64,000 nucleotides of DNA from a virus. The stretch covers positions 1 through 64,000 of IMG/VR virus record IMGVR_UViG_3300021171_000006; one strand, given 5' to 3'. Both the position numbers and the translations under genes were made by a program. Shown here one piece after another: positions 1 to 9,719 of this stretch. The first letter of the stretch is position 1. Each line of letters opens with the position of its first letter. Below the pieces are notes generated by a model. That model ran no database searches, had not been told where the DNA came from, and was given only the letters and a program-made list of their open reading frames with translations.

Positions 1-1
1 C

Positions 2-361
2 TTCATGGCCCACGATCAGTACTACAACACGGCGAATTCGCGGTGGGGCCGTGACGACGTGGCGAATGCGGGTTTCCGGGCGATCCGGGTGCTCGACACG
101 CCGGTCTTCGCCGATCCGTTCTGCCCGAGGGGCGAGGCCTACTTCATCAATTCGCGCTATCTCTCGATGTACCTGTCGGAGTATGCGCCGTTCGTTTTCT
201 CCGGGTTCGAGAGCGCGATCCCGCAGGGGCAGATCGCCTCGATCGGGGTGTTGATCACCGCGCTCGATCTCATTTGCGCGAAGCCGTCGTCCGGAGCGCA
301 TCTGACGGGCATCACCGGCGCGGCATGGCCGAACACGCCGTCGCCGCCGGCCATCCAGTAA
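2..361 (+). CDS. Major capsid protein, C-terminal part (truncated by window start)
   Basis: GFRAI..LDTPVFADPFCPRGEAYFINSRYL resembles podovirus capsid C-termini; first gene of the virion module. Confidence 0.7.
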   Translation, partial: FMAHDQYYNTANSRWGRDDVANAGFRAIRVLDTPVFADPFCPRGEAYFINSRYLSMYLSEYAPFVFSGFESAIPQGQIASIGVLITALDLICAKPSSGAHLTGITGAAWPNTPSPPAIQ

Positions 362-374
362 GGGGGAGAGCAGC

Positions 375-1487
375 ATGCCGCGCATCTTCGGCGGTCCGGG
401 GATCTTCCCCAGCAACGCAGCCGTTCCGGGTTACGGCGACGAGCTCCTGTTGCAGGCCGGGGCGACGTGGACGATCCCTGCCGGGGATTTCCTCGTCACG
501 TCGATCACCGGTCTCTCGCAATTCCAGCAGTTCGACCCGATCACCGAGACGTGGCGCCCGGTCGGCAACACGCCCCCGGGGCCGATATTCGTTACGTCGG
601 AAGGCAACAACTACCGCATGGCCAACCAGTCGGGTTGCGCGGTCGGGGCTTTCGTGACGGCGAAGGGATCGGGGTACACCTCGGCACCACTCGTCGTGCC
701 GACGACCGGTTCGTCGAAGTGGGGGTCCATCGTCGGCGGCGTTCTGACGAGCGTCGCGGTCACCAACGGTGGTTCAGGTTATATCTATCCGCCGCTGGTG
801 TTTTTCGATCTCCCGGTCGGCACGCTGAACGCGGGCCTCATTGCGGCGAACGGTGCCGCCATACAGCCTGGCTTCATGGCGACCGCCTACGCGACGCTCA
901 CGTCGGGTGCCGTTACCTCGATCACGCTCACCGACCAGGGCGCCGGGTACACCAACATCCCGAACGTCTACATCGTCCCCGATCCGCGCGACTTGACCGG
1001 TGGGGGCGCGACCGCAACTGCGGTGACGGGCGGCGCCAATCAGTTGACCGGCCTCGTCTGCTACGATCACGGCAGCCCGGTCACCGCCGCGGGGTCGCTG
1101 ACGATCTCGGGCGGCGGCGGCACCGCTGGCGCCGGAACGATCATCTATGACTTTGCCGTGACCGGCATCGGCGTTACGGGCGGCGGCACCGGTTTCCCGG
1201 TATCCGGCCTTACCCGCATCGTCCCGATTTCACCGCTGTTGACCGGAGCGGCGTGGACCAATCCGACGATGGAGACCGCGCTCCTCCTTGGCCGCGACGC
1301 GACTTTGACTGTCCCGACCACGGGCGGTGGTGCATTGACCGCCACGGGCGCTGCCGGCTTCGGTGGCTCCTATCCGGCGGCGCCGGTCTCCTTCGGTATC
1401 CTCGGTGGGACGTTGATCACCGGCAGCCCGACGCTCACCTTCACGATTGGCGGGTTGTCGGACACGATCATCATCGCGCAGGTCTGA
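375..1487 (+). CDS. Gly/Thr-rich virion protein (head decoration/fibre-like)
   Basis: RBS GGGGAG; repeated GSGYxxxPxV motifs; follows capsid gene. Confidence 0.6.
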   Translation: MPRIFGGPGIFPSNAAVPGYGDELLLQAGATWTIPAGDFLVTSITGLSQFQQFDPITETWRPVGNTPPGPIFVTSEGNNYRMANQSGCAVGAFVTAKGSGYTSAPLVVPTTGSSKWGSIVGGVLTSVAVTNGGSGYIYPPLVFFDLPVGTLNAGLIAANGAAIQPGFMATAYATLTSGAVTSITLTDQGAGYTNIPNVYIVPDPRDLTGGGATATAVTGGANQLTGLVCYDHGSPVTAAGSLTISGGGGTAGAGTIIYDFAVTGIGVTGGGTGFPVSGLTRIVPISPLLTGAAWTNPTMETALLLGRDATLTVPTTGGGALTATGAAGFGGSYPAAPVSFGILGGTLITGSPTLTFTIGGLSDTIIIAQV

Positions 1488-1560
1488 CGGAGCGAACGCA
1501 GTGTGGGCGAGAGGGAGCCTAACGAGCCAATAGCCGGCACCTCCTGCAACGGGGGATGAC

Positions 1561-2340
1561 ATGGCCTATAGCCTTTCGCTCTACCTGCAAGATGCCGCCG
1601 CGCTGCTACGTGATAACGCCAATATCTTCACGTCCAAGGCGCAACTCACCCGCTACATCAACCAGGGCCGCCGGCAGGCCGCGCGCCGGTCCGGCTGCAT
1701 CCGGCTCCTGCTTTGCGGCCAGTCGCAATTTGGGGCATCAGCCCAACCTAATTTCTTCATCCCAGGCGCCGCGATCCCCGGCAACCTCCCCGATGCCGCA
1801 CCGGGTTCGGGCAGCACAAACCTCTTTCAAACGATCCCGAATGTGGAGTCGTATCCCTTCCGTGGTTTTATCAATCCGTTTCTCCGAGCGCAGTACGATG
1901 GAGCCGATGCCGTCACAGATATCTTTGACTGCGCGGTGAATTGGGGACAGGGATCGTACCGCCCCGTGATTCAGTGGCTACCGTGGATCGAGATGCAAAG
2001 CTACATGCGCGCATACGCAAACCTCAACTCTGCGTACAGTATAGCATGGAGCACAATGGGAGACGGGGATAATCAAGTTCTTTTTCTTTGGCCTCCGCCG
2101 AACACCGCATGCGAACTTGAGTTAGAGGTGTTTGCTGTTCCGAAAGCCCTATACACGGACGATGATGTGGAGTTGCTCCCGGACGGGTTCACCTCGGCCA
2201 TAGCATATTACGCAGCCGGCATGGCCTACCTGAATTCGAGGCCAGCCCAAGCCATGATCATGCTGGATGCTTTTGCTGATCGCCTTGGTGTTGCAAGGTT
2301 CGCGAGCGACTACGGCAAGATGGGGATGGAGGATGGATAG
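1561..2340 (+). CDS. Putative head-to-tail adaptor
   Basis: LTRYINQGRRQAA and LWPPP...AIAYYAA pattern; position in module. Confidence 0.55.
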   Translation: MAYSLSLYLQDAAALLRDNANIFTSKAQLTRYINQGRRQAARRSGCIRLLLCGQSQFGASAQPNFFIPGAAIPGNLPDAAPGSGSTNLFQTIPNVESYPFRGFINPFLRAQYDGADAVTDIFDCAVNWGQGSYRPVIQWLPWIEMQSYMRAYANLNSAYSIAWSTMGDGDNQVLFLWPPPNTACELELEVFAVPKALYTDDDVELLPDGFTSAIAYYAAGMAYLNSRPAQAMIMLDAFADRLGVARFASDYGKMGMEDG

Positions 2341-2371
2341 CGGCACCGATAGCGAAAAACGGGCGCATCGC

Positions 2372-2668
2372 TCACTCCCCGAGAGCGGCGTCGATCATCA
2401 CATGCCAGAGTTGCTGCGCGGTAGGTTCCGGCTCTGCCCGCCATCCATCGAAACAGGCTTTTACCATCGCCTCGGTTGGCTCGCGCAGGGCGGCGATGAT
2501 GTCGGCTGCGGCGGCGCAGAAAAACATCTGGCGTATCGGAGAGGCGTCTTCCCACTTCGGCTCGGTTGGGGTGTCCAGAAGGAAAAGACCGGCACCGTGC
2601 ACGAACAGCCGGCGCGCGGCTCGCTCTACCATTTCGGGGATTTTCGGGGTATCAGTAGGGTCAGCCAT
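2372..2668 (-). CDS. Small phage protein (REPTEAM motif), antisense moron
   Basis: AGGAG RBS before ATG 2668; paralogs near 44112 and 63405. Confidence 0.65.
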   Translation of the reverse strand: MADPTDTPKIPEMVERAARRLFVHGAGLFLLDTPTEPKWEDASPIRQMFFCAAAADIIAALREPTEAMVKACFDGWRAEPEPTAQQLWHVMIDAALGE

Positions 2669-2742
2669 CGCAATTTCTCCTGTTGGTTGCGATCGGTCAG
2701 GGCTGGTGTCGGGCGTGTCCACCGCCTGCCCAGCCCGATCCT

Positions 2743-2770
2743 TATATACGGCGTCTCAGGGATCGCGCAA
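2743..2770 (-). promoter_or_regulatory. Putative sigma70 promoter for the antisense moron
   Basis: TTGCGC-N16-TATATA on minus strand. Confidence 0.4.
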
Positions 2771-3135
2771 TGCTGAGCCGCGATCCCCCCGCTCGGGTGC
2801 CTCAGATCGCGCCACGCACCCCGCGGCAGCAGCAGGCCCGCATGACCGACCGGCCTGGCCGGGATCCGCAGCGCCCGTACATCAACGAGCACGCAAGCCT
2901 GGGGAGCTTGGCAAAGCACATGCGCACCGGCCTCGACCTGTCGCAGCCGACGACGGTCGTCAACACGCATGAACTGGCGACGCTTCTGGAGCACGTCATC
3001 ACGGTGGGGTTCGGGCCGCAGGCGGTCGCGCAGTTGGCGCTGGAGCGCGAGGCAGCGCTGCAGGCCGGCGTTGCTGTGGCGCGCGAGGGGATGATGGGGC
3101 GCCTGAAAGGGACCGAGGAGGACGCCGGTGGCTGA
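2770..3135 (+). CDS. Hypothetical protein
   Basis: ORF overlaps the start of dps. Confidence 0.5.
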   Translation: MLSRDPPARVPQIAPRTPRQQQARMTDRPGRDPQRPYINEHASLGSLAKHMRTGLDLSQPTTVVNTHELATLLEHVITVGFGPQAVAQLALEREAALQAGVAVAREGMMGRLKGTEEDAGG

Positions 3136-3700
3136 GCCAAAGAAGAAGCCAACCGACGGGGAGAAGGAGGAAACCGCCAGTCCGGTCGAGCCGCTGCGGA
3201 AGGCTCTGGCGGCGACGTGGGGGTTTTACGTTGAATCTCAGTCGTTTCATTGGAACGTGACGGGGCCGAATTTCGTCCAGCTTCATGACTTTTTCGGGCA
3301 GATATACCGCGACGCACAATGGGCGACCGACGACCTAGCGGAGCGGGTGCGGACGCTCGGGGCCTATGCGCCGATGTCGCCCGCTGAGATCGGTGAGCAA
3401 TCCGGGATCACGTTTGCCGAAGGCGACAAGCCGCCGGACGCGCAAGTGATGACGCGAAAGCTGGCTGCGGACAACCTGACGGTGATCGCCGCGCTCGACG
3501 CCGCGCAGAAAGCGGCGACGGGAGCCGACGAGCCGGGTCTGGCGAATTACCTCCAGGGCCGGATGGACAGCCACAAGAAATGGGGGTGGCAGTTGGATGC
3601 TCTGCTGACCGAGGCGAGCGTCAAGGATATCGCCAAGCGGCCACGCGATACCCGGCTCGGCGAGTTGCTGGAAAAGGCTGGGACGAAATCGAGTGATTGA
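3128..3700 (+). CDS. dps: Dps-family ferritin-like DNA protection protein
   Basis: FHWNVTGPNFVQLHDFF...DDLAERVRTLG...HKKWGWQL signature. Confidence 0.9.
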   Translation: MAEPKKKPTDGEKEETASPVEPLRKALAATWGFYVESQSFHWNVTGPNFVQLHDFFGQIYRDAQWATDDLAERVRTLGAYAPMSPAEIGEQSGITFAEGDKPPDAQVMTRKLAADNLTVIAALDAAQKAATGADEPGLANYLQGRMDSHKKWGWQLDALLTEASVKDIAKRPRDTRLGELLEKAGTKSSD

Positions 3701-4635
3701 TGGCTGCCGATCTCCTCTCGCTGCTGACGGCGCTGCGCGCGGGACAACCGGGTTCGCAAGCGACCGCCGTTGGGCAAGCGCAGCCGGAGCCGCAACCGGA
3801 TCTGCCGAACGGCGGTTTTTCGCAGGCACAGTCGATGCGCTGGCTGGCTTGGCGGAACGCGAAGATCCAGGCCGCCCCGGTGCCGCCGAACGTCAAGCAG
3901 TACATGCAGCAGAATGAGGATGTCGGCGAGGGCGAGGCACCGCAGACGGTCAACCCCAACGCGCCGCCCAGTCAGCCGACCCCGCCCGCCCTGATCTGGC
4001 CGCGCTCGCTCGACCCGCGCACCGGCCCCGCGCTCACACCTCCTGGGGCGGCGATCCCACCGGGTAACACGGAGGATTGGTTCCACAACTATTCTCCACA
4101 GGCGCTCCCGCAGGTGAAGCAGGTCGCGGATCTCGTTCAGCAGCAGCGCCAGCCGTCGGGTTTGGTTCAGCTTTTGGCGCAACTTTCACCGCAAGCGCAA
4201 CAGACCGAGGGGCGACAGATGCCCGGGCCGGGGTTTATTCCCGGAACGCTAAATCTCAACCCCGCAATCGCCCCGCAAGTACCGCAGGGACAGCCGCGAC
4301 CGTTCGCGCCGGGCGAATGGAACCAGAACCCGGATGGCGGGTGGTCGAGCGAAGAGACCGTCACGGTCTCGGGCGATCCGAATTTCAACGGCGGCAAGCC
4401 TACCGTGCTGCCCTCGCTTTGGGTCAAAGACGGTAAGGCCTACGTCACCAAGGACGAAGATGAGGCGACCGCTCTCGCGCGGGCAAGCGGTTTATCCTGG
4501 CCGAGTTTCCCGGACATGACGGCGGCCGAAAAGTTCGCCAACGAGCGGGAGACGAAATGGCAGGGCATGAAGCCGGCTGATGCCAGCAAAATCGCGCCGC
4601 TTTGGCAAAAGCCTGACGCAGGGTCAGGACAGTAA
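3700..4635 (+). CDS. Hypothetical Pro/Gln-rich virion-module protein
   Basis: Translationally coupled on both sides. Confidence 0.6.
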   Translation: MAADLLSLLTALRAGQPGSQATAVGQAQPEPQPDLPNGGFSQAQSMRWLAWRNAKIQAAPVPPNVKQYMQQNEDVGEGEAPQTVNPNAPPSQPTPPALIWPRSLDPRTGPALTPPGAAIPPGNTEDWFHNYSPQALPQVKQVADLVQQQRQPSGLVQLLAQLSPQAQQTEGRQMPGPGFIPGTLNLNPAIAPQVPQGQPRPFAPGEWNQNPDGGWSSEETVTVSGDPNFNGGKPTVLPSLWVKDGKAYVTKDEDEATALARASGLSWPSFPDMTAAEKFANERETKWQGMKPADASKIAPLWQKPDAGSGQ

Positions 4636-7466
4636 TGGCGCTCGGCAACCAATCTCCCGAGGCCGCACGCCGCGCACAAGACTCTCGTATTGCGCAGCAG
4701 GTCGCGAGGCAATTCGGTTTGCCCCCAGGGTTGCGCCTCCGCGGAGGCCCGCTCGGGCCGATGAACCAGACCGACAGCCGCCTCTTCATCGAGGACAACG
4801 AGCTCTTCTACGTCCAGAACATGCTGCGGATCGGCAATGGGCGTTACCGGACGCTATGGGATATCGGCAATCCGCTGTTCACCGCGCCGGACGGGAAGAC
4901 GATCGTCTCGTTCTTCTGGTTCAACATCGGGGCGTCGTTCTTTTGCGTGCTGTTCTATTCGGACGGCACCGCCGATCAGGTCGATACGAGCGGCAACCGA
5001 ACCGTAATCAGCGCGACGACGGGGACATTCTACAAAGGCTCGGGGACGCCGCTGCCGGTATGCTGTCAGGCCGGGGCCTCACTCCTGTTGATCGCCAACA
5101 ACAACACGGCGAACGATTACTGGATCTGGGATTCGGTTCTCCTTTACGCCCCCGGTACGCTTGGACCCATCCCGACGCTAACCGACACGGGCGACAACTA
5201 CATCGCCCCACCCACGGTGACCGCGTATGGCGGCGTCGGGAGTGGTGCCGTTCTGGACGCTCGGGTGAATGGAGGCGGCGTTATTGCCGTCGACATCACC
5301 AATCCGGGTTCCGGGTGGGGAGCGAGCGATTTCGTGCAGGTCCGTTTTCAGGGGGGTGGCTCAGACGACTCGCCGGTTTTGACGGCAAGCCTCACGGCGA
5401 CAACGGTTGCCAATATCGTTGTTCTCGCCGGCGGCAGCGGCTACACCTTGGCACCATCGGTGAATATCACCGGCGGTGGGGGTTCCGGGGCGGCGGCGAC
5501 CGCCACGATCACCGGCGGCGCCGTGACGCTGATCACGCTCACCAACCCAGGCTCCAACTACACGTCGGCGCCGACCGTCATGTTGACGGGAGGCGGGGGG
5601 CATGGCGCGCTCGCTGCGGCAACATTGGTCCCGCAGAGTGTCGCCGGCATCACCGTCATAGATGGCAGCACAAATTTCACGGGCGTCCCGACCCTGACAT
5701 TGAAGGGAGGTGGCGGGTCTGGCGCAACCGCGACAGCCATCATGTCGGGACCATCTCCCCTTGCCAGCCTTTCGGTCGTTTATGGCGGCAACGGATATAC
5801 GTCGATCCCGACCGTGACGATCACCGACCCGACCGGATCCGGGGCGCAGGTGTCACCCGTCTTTTCCGCTGGCGTCCTGACCTCTTTCGTATTGATCAAT
5901 CCAGGGGTCAACTACACCGCCCCGGTTGTTGCGATCACCGACCCGAGCGGAGGCGTGACGGGGGCAACCGCGACAGCCACGGTCGTCGCCGGCGTCGTAA
6001 CCGCTATCGCCATCACGTTCGGGGGCACCGGATATACCTCCGACCCGGATATCCAGATCATCGGCGGCGGCGGGTCGGGGGCAACAGCGAACGCGACGAT
6101 CTCTGGCGGTTCCGTCACGTTAATCACAGTCACTAATGGCGGCACCGGCTACACCTCGGCGCCACTCGTGGCCATCTTTGGCGGCGGCCCCGGTGCGGTG
6201 GCTCTGGCGACAGCGGCGGTGGGTGGCGGCTCGATCGCGTCGGCAATCGTCGACCTGCCGGGGTCAGGGTACAGTACGGCACCGGCCGTCGTTGTCCAGA
6301 CCGGCCTCAACAGCGCCGCGGCTGCGACGATCCAGTTGATGCCGTTCGGCGTGTCCGGCACTGCAATGGAGAATTTCACGGGCAGGGTCATCATCGGCCC
6401 GCCCGCGCTTACCGGTCCCGGCCATCTGCCGAACGGCGGAAGTTTCTTCGTATCAGCGCCGGCCTCTCTCCTTGATTTTGCAACGACGGACGGGGGGTTG
6501 CTCTACACAACGACCGACCGCTTCCTGCGATCTCAATACACGAATTTCCGCCAGTCGAACGGCTACCTCTATCCGTTCGGGGATTCCTCGATTGCCGTCA
6601 TCTCGAATGTTCAAACAAGCGGAACCCCGCCGTTAACGAGTTTCACCTATCAGAACATCGACCCGCAAAGCGGCACGCTATGGCGGGACTCCTGCCAGGA
6701 CTTCTCGCGCACGATCATCTTCGCCAACCCGCTAGGGATATTCGGTCTCTACGGCGGTGCCGTCACGAAGGTCAGCCAGAAGATCGAGCGCATCTTCCAG
6801 AATGCCTTCTTGCCGACAGCGCAATGGCCGACCACCGGACAGCCGCTCATCCCGTCGTCGGCGGTGGCGAACCTCTACAACATGAAGTGCTACGTCCTGC
6901 TTCTCGAAATCAGCAACCCCCTCACTGAGGCGATCGAGACGGCGATGCTGGTGTGGAACGAGCGAGACTGGACGGTTGCGACGAGCGAAGCGAACCTCAT
7001 CTACATCGGAACGCGGGAGATCGCATCGCAGCTTACGGCTTGGGGAACAGACGGCAACGCGCTCTATCAGCTCTTCGATCAGCCGAGCGCGACGCTGCCG
7101 AAGATCATCGCGAGCAAGCTCTATGGTGCCGATCAGCCGTTGTTGACCAAGCAGAGCCTTGCGGTCTATTCGCAGCCGGTCGATATCGCCGGATCTGGGG
7201 TGACGCTGGATCTGACGATCGAGTCCGAGATGGGCGGATGGCTGGTGCCCGACGATCAGGGCTTCAAAAACTGGTCGGGATATGTCGAGGAAAACGCTGG
7301 TACGCCCCCAACTAGCCCACCGGTTCCGAACGCCCCCCTCTTGGCGGCGCGCGGACTTGATGTCATCGGCCAGCAGATAGGATACACTGTGAGCAGCCTG
7401 TCGGCCGATTTCGAACTGTACCATGTGACGCTGGCAGAGGTGGACGTCGCGAGTGTGTTCGGTTAA
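4635..7466 (+). CDS. Putative tail nozzle/stabilisation protein with inserted Gly-rich repeats
   Basis: 943 aa; beta-rich N and C parts flank about 8 GxGYTxxPxVxIxGGGGSGA repeats; upstream of ejection genes. Confidence 0.6.
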   Translation: MALGNQSPEAARRAQDSRIAQQVARQFGLPPGLRLRGGPLGPMNQTDSRLFIEDNELFYVQNMLRIGNGRYRTLWDIGNPLFTAPDGKTIVSFFWFNIGASFFCVLFYSDGTADQVDTSGNRTVISATTGTFYKGSGTPLPVCCQAGASLLLIANNNTANDYWIWDSVLLYAPGTLGPIPTLTDTGDNYIAPPTVTAYGGVGSGAVLDARVNGGGVIAVDITNPGSGWGASDFVQVRFQGGGSDDSPVLTASLTATTVANIVVLAGGSGYTLAPSVNITGGGGSGAAATATITGGAVTLITLTNPGSNYTSAPTVMLTGGGGHGALAAATLVPQSVAGITVIDGSTNFTGVPTLTLKGGGGSGATATAIMSGPSPLASLSVVYGGNGYTSIPTVTITDPTGSGAQVSPVFSAGVLTSFVLINPGVNYTAPVVAITDPSGGVTGATATATVVAGVVTAIAITFGGTGYTSDPDIQIIGGGGSGATANATISGGSVTLITVTNGGTGYTSAPLVAIFGGGPGAVALATAAVGGGSIASAIVDLPGSGYSTAPAVVVQTGLNSAAAATIQLMPFGVSGTAMENFTGRVIIGPPALTGPGHLPNGGSFFVSAPASLLDFATTDGGLLYTTTDRFLRSQYTNFRQSNGYLYPFGDSSIAVISNVQTSGTPPLTSFTYQNIDPQSGTLWRDSCQDFSRTIIFANPLGIFGLYGGAVTKVSQKIERIFQNAFLPTAQWPTTGQPLIPSSAVANLYNMKCYVLLLEISNPLTEAIETAMLVWNERDWTVATSEANLIYIGTREIASQLTAWGTDGNALYQLFDQPSATLPKIIASKLYGADQPLLTKQSLAVYSQPVDIAGSGVTLDLTIESEMGGWLVPDDQGFKNWSGYVEENAGTPPTSPPVPNAPLLAARGLDVIGQQIGYTVSSLSADFELYHVTLAEVDVASVFG

Positions 7467-7483
7467 CCCCAGAGGATACGATC

Positions 7484-7804
7484 ATGGCAAAGCGCAAATC
7501 AGAGACCGCCGCCACTGCGGGGATCGCGATCGGGTTCAGCTTCGGCGACGGCATGCGCGAGCCGGTCGCGCCGGAGAGCTTCAACCGGAGCCAGAGCCGC
7601 CCGAACTTGCGGTTCGCCAATCTGGTCGAATTCGGCGAAAATCCGAACGGCTTCACGTCGATTACGCCGAACGGTGTCGGGCATGACAATGGTCTCGGCC
7701 ACAATCAGGATCGGTGGGGATGGAGCAACAAAGCCAACGGCGAGCGTTGGAGTGGCCAGAATCTCGATTGGGCCAAGCGCGGCGGAAACCGCACCGGCGA
7801 ATAA
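7484..7804 (+). CDS. Hypothetical protein
   Basis: GAGGA RBS; plausible codon usage. Confidence 0.55.
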   Translation: MAKRKSETAATAGIAIGFSFGDGMREPVAPESFNRSQSRPNLRFANLVEFGENPNGFTSITPNGVGHDNGLGHNQDRWGWSNKANGERWSGQNLDWAKRGGNRTGE

Positions 7805-8045
7805 GAGCGTGGCTTGCGCGGCTGCTCCGGCCGCGCGCTGAGGTCGCCCCGCTTCTCACGGTCGCCCCTCCGCGACAGAGGGATAGCATCGTGCCGCCGA
7901 ACTGGTTGCTTGCAACCGGAGACGCGCTTGAGGTGATGAGCCGCCGCTATCACCTGCTGGCCGTTCAGCGGGATTTCCAGGGAGCGAACAAGAGGTTCCC
8001 GGCGTTCAAAGCAGAATTTCTAAGCGAAATCGTGAAGCGGCTCTG

Positions 8046-8378
8046 ATGCTCGCCAATCTCCTCCAAGTCCCAACTGACGATGCGTCTTGGAACCAGTTTT
8101 CATTTAATCTGCGCGAAGAGGTAGACCGAATCAACGCCGCTATCCTCGCGCAGAACAAAGTAAACCTTCCGAGTTATCAGCTTGACCCGATCAATTGGGA
8201 CGACGTTTATAGCTGGCTCGCGTACCTGTCGCAGGCAATGGACGGCATCAACACCGAGCTTGGTTTACAGTCTCAGGACGTGCTCGCCGTAGACTTGCGA
8301 GACGTGCGACAGCTTACGTCGTGGGTAAATGTTTTGTACAACGAACTATATTCTGCGGAAAATGTCCTGCAAATCTGA
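8046..8378 (+). CDS. Hypothetical virion-module protein
   Basis: TGATG coupling; plausible composition. Confidence 0.6.
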   Translation: MLANLLQVPTDDASWNQFSFNLREEVDRINAAILAQNKVNLPSYQLDPINWDDVYSWLAYLSQAMDGINTELGLQSQDVLAVDLRDVRQLTSWVNVLYNELYSAENVLQI

Positions 8379-8640
8379 TGACGATCACCCGGCGGATGGG
8401 TTGGCCCTCATAGCCGCCGCCTTGCGCGCATTCGCTCCGCCTAATCGAATGGAATACATTGGCGAGTGGCGGGTGTGGTGGTGGTGCACGACATGGTATC
8501 TGAAAGGGTTACCGTCCATTAACGTATTGCCCGGGCCGCTGCTTCTGACGGATCAAAGAGAGCGGTCGCGTCCGATCCCCTTATCTGATATACCGACCGC
8601 TGGCTGAAGGGGCGCCGCCGTGTTTCTGCGGGCGCTTTGG

Positions 8641-9717
8641 ATGCCGTCACCCTTTCTCATTCTTGCATTGCCGCGAAGCCGAACTTTTTGGCTTTCGCGT
8701 TTCCTCTCATACCCGCCGTGGTCTTGCGGGCACGAGGAAGCGCGGCATCTGCGCAGTGTCGCCGATGTCCGCGCGTGGCTCCAGCAGGATCACACCGGAT
8801 CCGCCGAGACGGCTGTAGCGCGCTGGTGGCGCATTATCCCGCAGCTTTGCCCGGAGATGCGGGTCGTCGTCATTCGCCGGCCGGTCGATGAGGTGGTCGA
8901 CAGCCTCATGCGGCTCGACCTCGGATTTGAGCGGAGCCGGCTGCGGCCGATCATCGAGAAATACGATCGTGCGCTTGACCGGGTGGAGAGGCATCTGTCG
9001 CCCCTGTCGCTGCGCTTCGCCGATCTTGAGAACGAAGCCGATTGCGGGCGGGTGTTCGAGCGGTGCCTGGATCTGCCGCATGACCATGACTGGTGGGCGC
9101 GTTGGGCGCCGCAGCGCGTCGAGTGCGACATGCGGGCGATACTGCGCCACGCGCGGGCGTTCGCCCCGCAGATGGCGCTCACCGGTCGATCGCTTATGGG
9201 GCAATTGCGGCGACGGCATTCCGATCACCCTCATGTCATTGTGCCGGGAGACGACGGGATCGACATCTGCCGCGAGTCTCCCGAGCGGGTGTGGGCCGAT
9301 GGGGGTCCGCTGTTCGCCGAACACTGCCTCGCGGTCGGGGAGCCCGAGGACGAATACCAGCGCAAGAATCTGCCGTTGCTATGGCGGCTGGATGCGGCTG
9401 GAGCGCTGCACATCATCACGGCCAGGTGCAACGGGCGGCTGCTCGCCTACCTGTTCTCGTTCCTTGCGGAATCGCCCGAAAAGGTCGGTCTCCTGACCGC
9501 GACGCAAACGTTGTTCTTCGCCTGCAATGATGCGCCGCCGGGTTTGGGCCTGCGATTACAACGGGCTTCGATCGCCGATCTGCGCGCCCGTGGCGTGGGG
9601 GAGATCTACATGCGCGCCGGCGTGCGCGGGGCGGGCCCGAAACTCGGTGTCCTCTATCGCCGGCTCGGTGCGCAGCCGCATGGCGAATTTTTCAAGCTCG
9701 AATTGAAGGCGGCTTAG
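8641..9717 (+). CDS. Sulfotransferase-like/P-loop domain fused to GNAT acetyltransferase-like domain
   Basis: N-term ILALPRSRTFWL, CGHE, VVIRRP; C-term GLGLRL...GVLYRRLGA. Confidence 0.6.
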   Translation: MPSPFLILALPRSRTFWLSRFLSYPPWSCGHEEARHLRSVADVRAWLQQDHTGSAETAVARWWRIIPQLCPEMRVVVIRRPVDEVVDSLMRLDLGFERSRLRPIIEKYDRALDRVERHLSPLSLRFADLENEADCGRVFERCLDLPHDHDWWARWAPQRVECDMRAILRHARAFAPQMALTGRSLMGQLRRRHSDHPHVIVPGDDGIDICRESPERVWADGGPLFAEHCLAVGEPEDEYQRKNLPLLWRLDAAGALHIITARCNGRLLAYLFSFLAESPEKVGLLTATQTLFFACNDAPPGLGLRLQRASIADLRARGVGEIYMRAGVRGAGPKLGVLYRRLGAQPHGEFFKLELKAA

Positions 9718-9719
9718 AG

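Noticed and set aside
4580-6136. Long alternative-frame ORFs (e.g. 518 aa here, 48961-50373, 57802-58908)
   Set aside because: Arg/Pro-rich shadows of GC-rich genes, without RBS.
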